This document shows, piece after piece, positions 26,659 through 36,099 of a DNA stretch of 64,000 bases (position 1 is its first letter; the number at the start of each line of letters is the position of its first letter). This DNA is from an uncultured Methanosarcinales archaeon. Lineage in GTDB: Archaea > Nanobdellota > Nanobdellia > Woesearchaeales > GW2011-AR9. The position numbers and the translations under genes were made by a program. The notes under the pieces were generated by a model. It ran no database searches. It was given only the letters and a program-made list of their open reading frames with translations, and was not told the origin of the DNA. The DNA lies in assembly GCA_964373955.1 (NCBI GenBank), contig CAYJXA010000002.1, positions 5,113 to 69,112 on the forward strand, read 5' to 3'.

Positions 26659-29217
26659 ATGGCTCCAAAAGAGGTGATCGTGCCCTGGGCAGTATCTCCA
26701 AAGATACTTTTCTCTCATTTTAACACCAATCCTCAGGGATTATCACATAAAGAAGCACTTCATCGGCAGGAACATTACGGCTATAACGATGTCAGCAAGA
26801 AAGAAGAGCGGCATGGCCTTACCATATTTCTCTCCCAATTTAAGAATCCTCTCATCCTCATCCTGCTTGCCGCTACGCTTATCTCCCGATTTCTGGGAGA
26901 AAACGTCAATGCTTTGGTTATTCTCCTGATGGTGCTATTAAATGTGTTTCTGGGCTTTTTTCAAGAGTACCGGGCTGAACGAACTATCAGGGAATTGAAG
27001 AAATATGTATCCTACCAAGCCAAAGTTCTGAGAGATGGTGAATTGGTAGAACTCGATGCCAAAGAACTTGTTCCAGGAGACATTGTCCACCTTTCCATTG
27101 GTGATTTGGTTCCAGCGGACCTTCGTCTTCTGGCAGAAGAAGATCTTACTGCTGATGAATCTTCCCTTACTGGCGAATCTCTGCCGGTATCCAAACAAAC
27201 TAGCTCGGTATCAAAGTATCGTTCTCTCCCCCAGGAATTACGCAATATGGCTTTTATGGGGACGTCAATTGCTGCTGGATTTGGAAAGGGGATGGTAGTC
27301 GCAACGGGGGGGAGGACTTTCTTTGGGAAAACAGCTGCCTATCTCCAGAAAAAAGAGCCGGAAGCAGACTTTCAGAAAAGCATTCATCGCTTCAGCAACT
27401 TTTTATTAATGGTGGTAGTGGTCATGACTGTTTTCATTTTCATTGCCAATGCCTTGCTGGGGAAAGGCTATTTGATTTCGTTCATGTTCGCCTTAGCCTT
27501 AGCAGTGGGTATTACTCCGGAGATTTTGCCAGTGATCATGACTGTTACTTTATCCAAAGGAGCATCGCAGATGGCCCGGGAGAAAGTTATCACGAAGAGA
27601 CTCTCTTCAGTAGAAGATTTAGGGAATATTGACACGCTCTGCTGTGATAAAACTGGCACGTTAACTGAGGGGAAATTAGAATTGCAAGATTATCGTGACG
27701 TAGAGGGAAAGAGAGATACGAAAGTCGTTTTGTATAGCATGTTATGTTCCTCAGTCCCGCACCTCAAAACGGCTGCTCTGGGAAATCCTTTAGATAAAGC
27801 CATCTGGGAAAGTTCTGCTGGGAAAGGACTAGCGACGGACGCTCGTGAATACACTTTCTTGGATCAGAATGAGTTTGATTATCATCGCCGCAGGATGAGC
27901 GTATTGGTTGAGCATGCATCATCTACGTTGCTTATTGCTAAAGGAGCGCCGGAATCTATTTTTTCCATATGCCAGAATGTTTCTCTTAAGGGAAAGAGTA
28001 TACCTTTTACTGCGAAACTCCACCATGCTCTACGGGTCAGAGTTCATCAATATGAAAAAGATGGTTATAAAGTAATTGCCATTGCAGAAAGAAAAGTGCA
28101 GCAGAAGAAAATGAATCGCTCTGATGAACAGAAATTAACGCTCATTGGATTTTTATTGTTCCTCGATCCTCCCAAGAAATCAGCAAAAGAAGCGTTAGCC
28201 TTGCTGAAACAGTTAGGAGTACATATAAAAGTAATTAGCGGGGATAGTCCCGTGATTACTGAGAAGATTTGCCGGGAAGTGGGTTTAGTCCTTAAAGATA
28301 GGATAATAACTGGTGAGGAGCTGGAGAGACTAACTCCTACTGAAATGGAAGAATACAGCCAGCGTTATACCGTTTTCGCACGTGTTTCCCCGGAACAAAA
28401 ATATAAAATCGTTGCTTCGTTAAATAAAGAGGGACACATCGTCGGCTTCTTGGGCGATGGCGTGAATGATGCCCCGGCTTTACGTGCAGCAGATGTAGGT
28501 ATTTCCGTTGATACGGGCGCAGGTATTGCCAAAGAAGCAGCGGATATCATTTTACTTAAGAAAAGTTTGCATGTGCTCATTGATGGAATCATGCAGGGCA
28601 GAAAAATATTTAGTAATATTACCAAATATATTTTGAACACTATCAGCGCTAATTATGGGAATATGTTTACGGTAGCTATCTCTTCTCTCTTTTTGCGATT
28701 TATTCCTTTGTTGCCTTCCCAAATTCTCTTGAATAATTTTATCAGCGATATTCCCAACCTCACTATTTCTACTGATAATGTAGACGCAGAGTTATTGCAC
28801 AAGCCGAAACGATGGAACTTTAAACTTATCTCCCGCTTTATGATCTATTTTGGGCTGTTAAGTTCAGTATTTGATTTAATTCTTATCTTGGCAATGCTCT
28901 TGATTTTTCAATCTACTCCTGCTGAATTTAGAACAGGCTGGTTTGTGATGTCTGCCATCTCGGAGATTATTATTTTGTTTTCTCTACGAACTCATGTGTC
29001 TTTCTTTAAAAGCAGGCCCAGCATGTGGCTGATTGCGGTGTCCTTTATAACCATCTTCACGACCTTAGCTTTGCCTTACTTCCTCTTCGGTCAGCGATTC
29101 TTTGAATTAGTTCCTTTGTCTGGGGAATTGATGTTGCTGATAGGAATCGTTTTGCTAGGCTATTTTATTGCGGCGGAAATTGCTAAGAGATACTTTTTTA
29201 GGAAGTTTGCGGAGTAG
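26659..29217 (+). CDS. P-type ATPase, MgtA-like (type IIIB) cation transporter
   Basis: DKTGTLT, TGES, GDGVNDAPAL and the MgtA-like SDIPNLTISTDNVDAELLHKPKRWN. Confidence 0.9.
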   Translation: MAPKEVIVPWAVSPKILFSHFNTNPQGLSHKEALHRQEHYGYNDVSKKEERHGLTIFLSQFKNPLILILLAATLISRFLGENVNALVILLMVLLNVFLGFFQEYRAERTIRELKKYVSYQAKVLRDGELVELDAKELVPGDIVHLSIGDLVPADLRLLAEEDLTADESSLTGESLPVSKQTSSVSKYRSLPQELRNMAFMGTSIAAGFGKGMVVATGGRTFFGKTAAYLQKKEPEADFQKSIHRFSNFLLMVVVVMTVFIFIANALLGKGYLISFMFALALAVGITPEILPVIMTVTLSKGASQMAREKVITKRLSSVEDLGNIDTLCCDKTGTLTEGKLELQDYRDVEGKRDTKVVLYSMLCSSVPHLKTAALGNPLDKAIWESSAGKGLATDAREYTFLDQNEFDYHRRRMSVLVEHASSTLLIAKGAPESIFSICQNVSLKGKSIPFTAKLHHALRVRVHQYEKDGYKVIAIAERKVQQKKMNRSDEQKLTLIGFLLFLDPPKKSAKEALALLKQLGVHIKVISGDSPVITEKICREVGLVLKDRIITGEELERLTPTEMEEYSQRYTVFARVSPEQKYKIVASLNKEGHIVGFLGDGVNDAPALRAADVGISVDTGAGIAKEAADIILLKKSLHVLIDGIMQGRKIFSNITKYILNTISANYGNMFTVAISSLFLRFIPLLPSQILLNNFISDIPNLTISTDNVDAELLHKPKRWNFKLISRFMIYFGLLSSVFDLILILAMLLIFQSTPAEFRTGWFVMSAISEIIILFSLRTHVSFFKSRPSMWLIAVSFITIFTTLALPYFLFGQRFFELVPLSGELMLLIGIVLLGYFIAAEIAKRYFFRKFAE

Positions 29218-29290
29218 AGTACTGGGTACATAAAGCAAACCGATTCATTTAAATAACTCCTTCCCCTTTCTCACTACAAAAAGAGGCCTT

Positions 29291-30655
29291 ATGAAATCAT
29301 TCGATCTTATCGTTATTGGAGCTGGTTCAGGATTAGATGTAGCGGTAGAAGCTGCCAACCGGGGATTGAAAACAGCGATTATTGAAGCAGGTCCGATGGG
29401 AGGAACGTGCCTGAATCGGGGCTGTATCCCCAGTAAAATGATAATTCATGCTGCTGATCTGGCGGAAGAGATTACACGAGCACATGTATTTGGGTTGAAA
29501 GCATCATTCTCCGGAACAGATTTTAAGAAAATTACCGGTAGGGCTAGCCATACTGTGGATGAAGATGCCAGTTCGATTGAGAAATCGTTACGTCAGGGCA
29601 AAAATCCAGTTCTTTTCAAAGGGAAAGCTAAATTTATCGGAATTAAAGTTTTAGAGATTAATGGTGAGAAAATTCAGGGGAAGAAAATAGTCATTGCTGC
29701 TGGTGCCCGTCCAGCAATTCCACCCATTCCCGGCTTACAAAAAACTCCTTATCTGACGAGCACGGAAGCCTTGCGTCTTACCACCTTTCCGAAGAGCATG
29801 GTTATCATTGGCGGAGGATATATTGGCGCAGAATTAGGACATTTCTATTCTGCATTGGGTTGTAAGGTTACAATTATTCAGCGTGGCCCTCTGTTAATCC
29901 CCCGGGAAGATAAAGATGTTGCTGCTCTCTTTACCGAGTTATGGAGAAAGAAATATGGTGTGGTGTGTAATTGTGATGTTCTCAAGGTAGAACAAAAAGG
30001 GGAAATGATTGTAGTGCATACGAAACATAACGGGAACATGAAGAAGTTTATTGCAGAGAAATTACTTATTGCTACTGGAGTAACACCCAACTCCGATACC
30101 TTAGATTTGGGTAAAACGGGAGTGAACGTTACCGAAAATGGTTTTGTGATTGTGAATCATTTTATGGAAACTTCCGCTAAGGATATTTATGCGTTAGGGG
30201 ACATAGCTGGTGTCTATTTGTTTAAACATTCCGCAAATTTGGAAGCAGAGTATGTTCTGGCCAATCTTTTTGAGGAAAGAAAAGCGGTTGACTATCATCC
30301 CATGCCTCACGCTATTTTTACTAATCCCCAGATTGCCGGCGTAGGAATGACCGAACAGGAAGCTCGGGAGAAGAAGTATGATTACGTGGTGGGGAAGTAC
30401 GAATATAAAAACACGGGGATGGGTGTAGCCCTTGCTGAAGAGAATGGTTTTGTGAAATTTATCGTTGACAGGAAGAGTAAAGAAATTCTGGGCTGCCATA
30501 TTATTGGACCGGATGCGTCTACGCTGATTCATGAAGTGGTGGTAGCGATGAAAGCAGATCGAAAGAAAGCATTGGATATCTTACGAAGTGCGGTGCATGT
30601 GCATCCTGCTTTGTCTGAAGTAGTGCAGAGAGCGGCGTTGAGGGTGCCGGTGTGA
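29291..30655 (+). CDS. pyridine nucleotide-disulfide oxidoreductase (dihydrolipoamide dehydrogenase/mycothione reductase family)
   Basis: GAGSG FAD motif, redox-active GGTCLNRGCIPSK, and the C-terminal dimerisation HVHPALSEVV. Confidence 0.85.
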   Translation: MKSFDLIVIGAGSGLDVAVEAANRGLKTAIIEAGPMGGTCLNRGCIPSKMIIHAADLAEEITRAHVFGLKASFSGTDFKKITGRASHTVDEDASSIEKSLRQGKNPVLFKGKAKFIGIKVLEINGEKIQGKKIVIAAGARPAIPPIPGLQKTPYLTSTEALRLTTFPKSMVIIGGGYIGAELGHFYSALGCKVTIIQRGPLLIPREDKDVAALFTELWRKKYGVVCNCDVLKVEQKGEMIVVHTKHNGNMKKFIAEKLLIATGVTPNSDTLDLGKTGVNVTENGFVIVNHFMETSAKDIYALGDIAGVYLFKHSANLEAEYVLANLFEERKAVDYHPMPHAIFTNPQIAGVGMTEQEAREKKYDYVVGKYEYKNTGMGVALAEENGFVKFIVDRKSKEILGCHIIGPDASTLIHEVVVAMKADRKKALDILRSAVHVHPALSEVVQRAALRVPV

Positions 30656-30656
30656 G

Positions 30657-30797
30657 ATGGTCATTAAAAAGAAAGGCTACAAATGGATTCTGTATACAAG
30701 AGATGGTCGGAAGAAATTGGGTGAGTTCAGGCCTAAGAAGGCAGCATTGAAGAGAGAAAGGCAAATTATTTATTTTAAGAATTTGAGAAAGAGATAG
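30657..30797 (+). CDS. small basic protein (46 aa), hypothetical
   Basis: Own translation: MVIKKKGYKWILYTRDGRKKLGEFRPKKAALKRERQIIYFKNLRKR. The ATG lies 1 nt after the upstream stop. Confidence 0.3.
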   Translation: MVIKKKGYKWILYTRDGRKKLGEFRPKKAALKRERQIIYFKNLRKR

Positions 30798-30857
30798 GTG
30801 ACTACCACAACAATCTTTATAAGTATTAATCTATTTACATAATCAAAGAGGGCAGCC

Positions 30858-31199
30858 ATGAGAACAGAAATTATTCTTACCTTACAGAAATCATTTGAAG
30901 GGTATGCTCATACCACCGACGGTGTTGAATTCTGGTATGCAAGAGACCTGCAAAAGTTGTTGGATTATGATGAGTGGAGGAATTTTCTACATGTTATTGA
31001 GAAAGCTAAAATCTCTTGTAAAAATTCAAATCAAAGAATAGATAATCATTTTGTTGGCACCAACAAAACGATAGCCATGCCTAAAGGTGCTTCTAAAGAG
31101 GTAGATGATTTCATGCTCACCCGTTACGCTTGTTACCTTATTGCTCAAAATGGCGATCCTCGGAAAGAGCAGATTGCTTTTGCTCAAAGCTATTTATAG
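30858..31199 (+). pseudogene. DinD (DNA damage-inducible protein D)-like, N-terminal fragment only
   Basis: FWYARDLQKLLDY..W.NF...I.KA...C and LTRYACYLIAQNGDPRKEQIAFAQSY align with the first 110 aa or so of roughly 275-aa DinD, as recalled. The ORF stops where DinD continues (..YFA.QTR). Confidence 0.55.
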
Positions 31200-31289
31200 T
31201 TCGTATACACATTCTCTCATAAAGGGGATTAGTTATACCTTGGATTCATAATTCCTCTACAAAAATAACCAAGAAAAAAAATAAAACCC

Positions 31290-31385
31290 TCACGCCTCAC
31301 ACTCACAGCATCCAGCACAATTTCCGCATTTGTCACATTCCTCCTTCCTTCCCATCTCCTCTCCACAGGTAGGACATTCTCTCAT
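31290..31385 (-). CDS. tiny Cys-rich protein (31 aa)
   Basis: Own translation: MRECPTCGEEMGRKEECDKCGNCAGCCECEA. The start lies 5 nt after the transketolase C-section stop. Confidence 0.35.
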   Translation of the reverse strand: MRECPTCGEEMGRKEECDKCGNCAGCCECEA

Positions 31386-31390
31386 GCTGT

Positions 31391-32377
31391 TCACCCCCGT
31401 ACTAATCTCATGGTTTCTTTGAAAATATGCTCGGCACTTAATCCAAACTTCTTCAATAATTCATCAGGCTCTCCCGACTCACCGAAATGATCCCGGACCC
31501 CAATCCGTTTCAATTTGGTAGGATATTCCTCCGCTAATACTTCCGCCACCGCCCCCCCTAATCCGGCATTAATCTGGGCTTCTTCAACCGTCACTACTTT
31601 TTTACACTTCTTTGCTGCCATCAGTATCGTATTTTTATCCAACGGTTTAATAGTATGACTATTAATAACCATTGCTTCCACTCCTTTTTCATGTAATAAT
31701 CCAGCAGCCAACAAACATTCATATAATAATGGTCCTGCCGCAATCAGAGCCACATCATTCCCTTCTTTTAACACCTGCGCTTTGCCAATTTCAAAGGGAG
31801 TTTTAATGGTGGTCATCTGTTCCGTTTTCTCCCGCGCAAACCGCATGTAGCACGGCCCTTTATAGGCTGCCAGAGCTTTCGTCGCCTTTTTAGTCTGCTC
31901 ATAATCTGCAGGAACTACCACTATCATATTCGGTAGCGCCCTCATAAGTGCAATATCTTCCAGCATTTGATGCGTTGCTCCATCCGGGCCAACGGAAATG
32001 CCGGCATGCGCGCCAATGATCTTAACATTATTATTATTATAACAAATGGTAGTTCTAATTTGTTCCCAGCATCGTCCCGGGCAGAAACAAGCATACGAGG
32101 AAACAAAGGGAATCTTTCCCACATGGGCTAATCCAGACGCAACCGTCACCAAGTTCTGTTCCGCTACTCCCACTTCAATAAATTGCTGCGGAAACTTTGC
32201 TCGGAATTTATCAACTCTCGTTGACTCCGTCAAATCTGCGCATAATACCATGATTTTTTTATCTTTTCCCAATTCTAGCAGTGCATCTCCATATCCATCC
32301 CGGGTAGGCACTTTATCTCTTTTGAAATTCAATTCCATGTCCTTTTGCAGTCCTGGTAATGAAGGTAAGTACATCAT
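31391..32377 (-). CDS. tkt: transketolase, C-terminal section (pyrimidine-binding + C-terminal domains)
   Basis: RDGYGDALLELG, FIEVGVAEQN and PDGATHQ motifs. The ATGA overlap with the N-terminal section fixes the start at 32377; the ORF track extends to 32428. Confidence 0.9.
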   Translation of the reverse strand: MMYLPSLPGLQKDMELNFKRDKVPTRDGYGDALLELGKDKKIMVLCADLTESTRVDKFRAKFPQQFIEVGVAEQNLVTVASGLAHVGKIPFVSSYACFCPGRCWEQIRTTICYNNNNVKIIGAHAGISVGPDGATHQMLEDIALMRALPNMIVVVPADYEQTKKATKALAAYKGPCYMRFAREKTEQMTTIKTPFEIGKAQVLKEGNDVALIAAGPLLYECLLAAGLLHEKGVEAMVINSHTIKPLDKNTILMAAKKCKKVVTVEEAQINAGLGGAVAEVLAEEYPTKLKRIGVRDHFGESGEPDELLKKFGLSAEHIFKETMRLVRG

Positions 32378-33279
32378 TTTTTCTTCTTCGCGTGAACTGG
32401 TTTTAATTTGAGATGTTTCAAATACCAATCCCCCCGTTCTTTACTTTCTTTCTCATGCAATTCCCGCCAGGCTACCTCCGCTTCATTCGGCTTAGGAGGT
32501 TTCCCATGCCATTCGTATTTCCCTTCCATGAAAGAAACTCCTTTTCCCGGAGTAGTCTTGGCGATGATCATTAAAGGTTTGCTTTTATTATTTCTTGCTT
32601 TTGCTAGTGTTTTGACAATTTCAGTCATATCGTTCCCTTTTATGATGATGACATTCCAATTGAAAGCTTTATATTTTGCTTCCACTGAATCGAGGGGCAT
32701 GATATCTTCAGTGTTCCCATCAATTTGAATATAATTCCTATCTAAGATGGCAATCACATTATCCAGTTTATATTTCGCAGCGAAAAGTACTGCTTCCCAG
32801 GTATTTCCTTCATCGTGCTCCCCATCACTCATCACACAAAATACTCTATTCTTTTTCTTATCCATCCTTAAACCGTAGGCCATTCCACAGGCTTGGCTTA
32901 ACCCAGAGCCAAGAGGACCGGAGGTGGTTTCCAATCCGGGTAAGGATTCCCGATGGGGATGACCTTGTAATCTTGTTCCTAATTTACGTAAACTCAATAA
33001 TTCTTTTTTAGAAAAATAGCTGGCATTTGCAAGCGTAGCATAAAGAACAGGACAGATGTGGCCATTGGATAACACCAGATAATCTCTTCCTTCCCAGTGC
33101 GGGTTTTCTGGGTTATGCTGTAAAACGTTAAAATATAAAGCGGTGAAAATATCCGCCATGCCTAAAGGTCCAGCGGAATGACCCGACTTAGCGGCAACTA
33201 ATGCTGAGATAATGTCTTCCCGGATGACATCTGCCATCATCTGGAGGTCTTTAATTGAGGTTAGTTTTTTGAAAGTCAT
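32374..33279 (-). CDS. tkt: transketolase, N-terminal section (TPP-binding)
   Basis: SGHSAGPLGMADIF, GHPHR and SDGEHDEGNTWEA (the GDG-type TPP motif variant). Confidence 0.9.
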   Translation of the reverse strand: MTFKKLTSIKDLQMMADVIREDIISALVAAKSGHSAGPLGMADIFTALYFNVLQHNPENPHWEGRDYLVLSNGHICPVLYATLANASYFSKKELLSLRKLGTRLQGHPHRESLPGLETTSGPLGSGLSQACGMAYGLRMDKKKNRVFCVMSDGEHDEGNTWEAVLFAAKYKLDNVIAILDRNYIQIDGNTEDIMPLDSVEAKYKAFNWNVIIIKGNDMTEIVKTLAKARNNKSKPLMIIAKTTPGKGVSFMEGKYEWHGKPPKPNEAEVAWRELHEKESKERGDWYLKHLKLKPVHAKKKK

Positions 33280-33461
33280 TTTTCTTCTTGCAATACCTTG
33301 ATATTAAGTATGAACGTTATTATAGCTATGATAACGTAAACATAGTTGTACGCCAATTCAATATTATCGATTCCTTTGGATAAGCCAAACAAAATCCAAC
33401 CTCCAGTCATAATGAGCAACACCATATCAAGGTAAATTATAGTTTTTTTTACACTAATCAT
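33276..33461 (-). CDS. small membrane protein (61 aa)
   Basis: ORF track. Two hydrophobic helices. ATGA overlap with the transketolase start. Confidence 0.4.
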   Translation of the reverse strand: MISVKKTIIYLDMVLLIMTGGWILFGLSKGIDNIELAYNYVYVIIAIITFILNIKVLQEEK

Positions 33462-33462
33462 A

Positions 33463-33570
33463 CTAAACTACTCCCAGCGCATGTAAAGCTAAAATAATGA
33501 CGGCAATGATTCCTATTATACTTAAAACTATAGCGAGCCAAGAAATCCATTGTTGCTCCTGTTTGGACAT
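33463..33570 (-). CDS. small single-pass membrane protein (35 aa)
   Basis: Own translation: MSKQEQQWISWLAIVLSIIGIIAVIILALHALGVV. The stop lies 1 nt before the next ORF's start. Confidence 0.3.
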   Translation of the reverse strand: MSKQEQQWISWLAIVLSIIGIIAVIILALHALGVV

Positions 33571-33694
33571 ATTGTTAGGAATATTTTGTCGTTAATAAAC
33601 GTTGTGTTACCACTTTTTATTCAATATGGAAAAGAATCGTGAAATGTGTATATTATGGCCAGCTTCTTTGGTTTCTTAAACTTATGAGTGATTT

Positions 33695-33799
33695 CTAGCA
33701 ATACTCACACACATTTTTTCCCTTTTTCATCATTGCTTTTGCCGGTTTCTTGCTTTTCTTGGCAACGACTTTCTTTTTTCCTGCTTTTTTCTTTGCCAT
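33695..33799 (-). CDS. Lys-rich small protein (34 aa)
   Basis: Own translation: MAKKKAGKKKVVAKKSKKPAKAMMKKGKNVCEYC. Confidence 0.3.
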   Translation of the reverse strand: MAKKKAGKKKVVAKKSKKPAKAMMKKGKNVCEYC

Positions 33800-33813
33800 G
33801 TCTTTCACCCCCT

Positions 33814-34338
33814 TTAGATATTGTATCCGAAATATAATCCTGCCACTACCATAAGTATCCCCAGAATCCACCATCGAAACTTCGTAAAGATTTGGGAGAA
33901 CTGTGCTTTATTTGCTTCTGCCTTCCAGAGCATACTTGATAAAACTAAAGTTATAACCACAATACTATGAACAACCGTGCAATAAATGCACAGTGATTTT
34001 AGGATAAATTCGGCAGTGACCATATACACTACGAACGCTATTCCTGCCACATTCCACCAAAATAATCCTGCCACGGAAGCTTCTTCCGCTTTCAGTGCTT
34101 TCCAGCTCAATACTATTGATACTAAAAACCATAAGATCCCAAACCAGGCCACGGGAATGTCCAATAATTCCGAGTAGGTACTGGTATTAGTAAGAAGACA
34201 GGAAACAACATTATTAATATCGCAAATTCCTTCTGCGGGATTGAGATGGATTTGTAATAAATAGCCTGAAACGAGCAAGCCAAGTACGCTAAGAGCACTA
34301 ATTCCAATCAAAATCTTTTTTTGTGTGTGTTCTTCCAC
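33814..34338 (-). CDS. vitamin K epoxide reductase (VKOR) family membrane protein
   Basis: 4-5 TM protein with a loop Cys pair (CDINNVVSC) and a membrane-embedded CIYC (CxxC). Confidence 0.7.
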   Translation of the reverse strand: MEEHTQKKILIGISALSVLGLLVSGYLLQIHLNPAEGICDINNVVSCLLTNTSTYSELLDIPVAWFGILWFLVSIVLSWKALKAEEASVAGLFWWNVAGIAFVVYMVTAEFILKSLCIYCTVVHSIVVITLVLSSMLWKAEANKAQFSQIFTKFRWWILGILMVVAGLYFGYNI

Positions 34339-34496
34339 GCCTGTCGTTTCCCCTTTAGTAATTACCCCTGTAAATCATGATGAAAATGCTTAATCTACTT
34401 CCGGCAATCTGAATATTTTGCTGCTGGTGTATCTCTCTCGCCTCTTTCTTGTTTTAATTTTTGAATTGTATATAAACATTTTGATGCCCATTTTTT

Positions 34497-34630
34497 AGGG
34501 AAGCGGAGTTAACGATGTTAACTTCCCCCGACTTTACGTCGGGGTCGAGGCATAGCCGAGAAGTTTTTCCCGCGCGCCAAATATCTCCTGAAACCGTCGA
34601 TTAATTAAGTGAGAAAATTCCGCCACAGTC
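34497..34630. repeat. island intergenic repeat module A (inverted relative to module B)
   Basis: TGAGAAAATTCCGCCAC 34610-34626 and TTTTTCCCGCGC 34564-34575 are exact reverse complements of 36102-36118 and 36157-36168. It also holds TTAACGATGTTAA 34509-34521, the helix GGGAAG/CTTCCC and the hairpin CCCCGAC-TTTAC-GTCGGGG. Confidence 0.75.
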
Positions 34631-34695
34631 GTTAAGTTGTATTACGTGCACTTTTTAACGAAAGTTTTAAATAGGGGTGTGCCCATACACTTATT

Positions 34696-35643
34696 ATGAC
34701 CTACGTTGAGACTATTAAAAGAGGAAACAAAGAGTATTACTATCTCACTAAGAATCTTAGAGTGGGGGTTAATAATTGGAAAAAGATTAGGGTATACATT
34801 GGTGATAAGAAGCCGACAAAATCAGGCATAAAAAAATATGCTGAGGAAATTGAGAAAAAGATAGAGCAAGAGGGCTTGACAAGACCTGAATATTCTTATC
34901 TTTCTGATGAAGATTCTGAAACGCTCCAAGATCTTAAAGAAAGCTTTAAAGGATGGTTAAAACAGACACCTGAAAGTTTAAAGAAAAAACTCTATGATGA
35001 TTTTGTGATTCGATTTACGTATCATTCCAACGCTATTGAGGGAAATAGGCTTACGTTACGTCAAACTGCTCTAATTCTTAAAGATAAAGTCATTCCCTCT
35101 GGAGTTAGGGCTTCTGATTATCACGAGGCTGTCAACGGGAAGGAGTGTTTAGATTATTTGAAAGAATATGCCGGGGAATTAAACAATCGCTTGCTGGAAA
35201 AAGTGAATGGAATTTTAACTAAAAATACAGGAGTTGTTTATGGGGGAAGAATTCGCTTTTTTGATGTTCAAATTGAAGGTTCTAAACACGTTCCTCCACC
35301 AAATGAAGAAGTGAAAAAGCATTTGTTAAATATGTACAAATGGTACAGTGCAAATAAACATAAATTGCATCCGTTTGAATTGGCTACTCTCATTCATGCA
35401 AGATTAACCTGGATTCATCCGTTTGAGGATGGAAATGGAAGGACTTCCCGGACAATTATGAACTGGATTTTAATGAAGAATGGTTATCCTATGTTCTTTA
35501 TCCCATTTGAAAAGCGGGAAGATTATTATATGACTTTGGAAGAAGCGGATAAAGAGAACTTTAAAGAGTATGTTGCTCGTATGCTTCGGCTGATTATTGA
35601 CCAAGTGAGAAGTTACGGGCACAAAGAGAAGAAAGAAAAGTAG
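34696..35643 (+). CDS. Fic family protein (AMPylase/Doc-like)
   Basis: Canonical Fic motif HPFEDGNGRTSR. Confidence 0.9.
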   Translation: MTYVETIKRGNKEYYYLTKNLRVGVNNWKKIRVYIGDKKPTKSGIKKYAEEIEKKIEQEGLTRPEYSYLSDEDSETLQDLKESFKGWLKQTPESLKKKLYDDFVIRFTYHSNAIEGNRLTLRQTALILKDKVIPSGVRASDYHEAVNGKECLDYLKEYAGELNNRLLEKVNGILTKNTGVVYGGRIRFFDVQIEGSKHVPPPNEEVKKHLLNMYKWYSANKHKLHPFELATLIHARLTWIHPFEDGNGRTSRTIMNWILMKNGYPMFFIPFEKREDYYMTLEEADKENFKEYVARMLRLIIDQVRSYGHKEKKEK

Positions 35644-35662
35644 TGTATGGGCACAAAATTAG

Positions 35663-36085
35663 TCAGGGCGTTATTAAGTAATCAAGCGGATTTCCATACT
35701 GTTTACCTAATTCTTCATAATATTTTCTCCATTCAGGATCAAATTGAAAATGAAGTTCAACTGGTTTTTCTTTTCTCATAGCAATGTTTGCTTCTTGCAA
35801 CGTACCATGGGATATCCCAAAAATCTAAAATCTATCAGGTATCTCAACTGTGCGAAAACAAAATTCCATTGCTTTTTCTCTTCCAATTGCTGGATTACCT
35901 TCAAATCGTTTATATGAGAAAGCTTGAAATGGATGAAAAGGAGCAAGGCCGCGCTCAGTTACATAGTCCATAATTTCTTCAATCTTATCAACAAGGCGTG
36001 AAGGTGTCGCACAATAAATTAATTCTGTCATCCTGTCGGCATATACGAAAGTTCTTATTAAAAATTGTTGTATCATAAACGTCAA
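35663..36085 (-). pseudogene. hypothetical gene interrupted by one in-frame TAG
   Basis: The ORF-track protein 35825..36085 ends ...EIPDRF at TAG 35825-35827. The same frame continues IFGISHGTLQEANIAMRKEKPVELHFQFDPEWRKYYEELGKQYGNPLDYLITP to TGA 35663-35665. Confidence 0.5.
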
Positions 36086-36099
36086 GTCTGCGTTTTGGT

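Noticed and set aside
9235-35827. An alternative genetic code (TGA or TAG reassigned), suggested by in-frame stops at 9235 and 35825
   Set aside because: Confidently identified genes terminate normally at TGA (e.g. the oxidoreductase at 30653-30655 and the transketolase N-section) and at TAG (the 16065..16706 ORF and several others). Global reassignment is therefore not supported, and local pseudogenisation, read-through or sequencing error is more likely.
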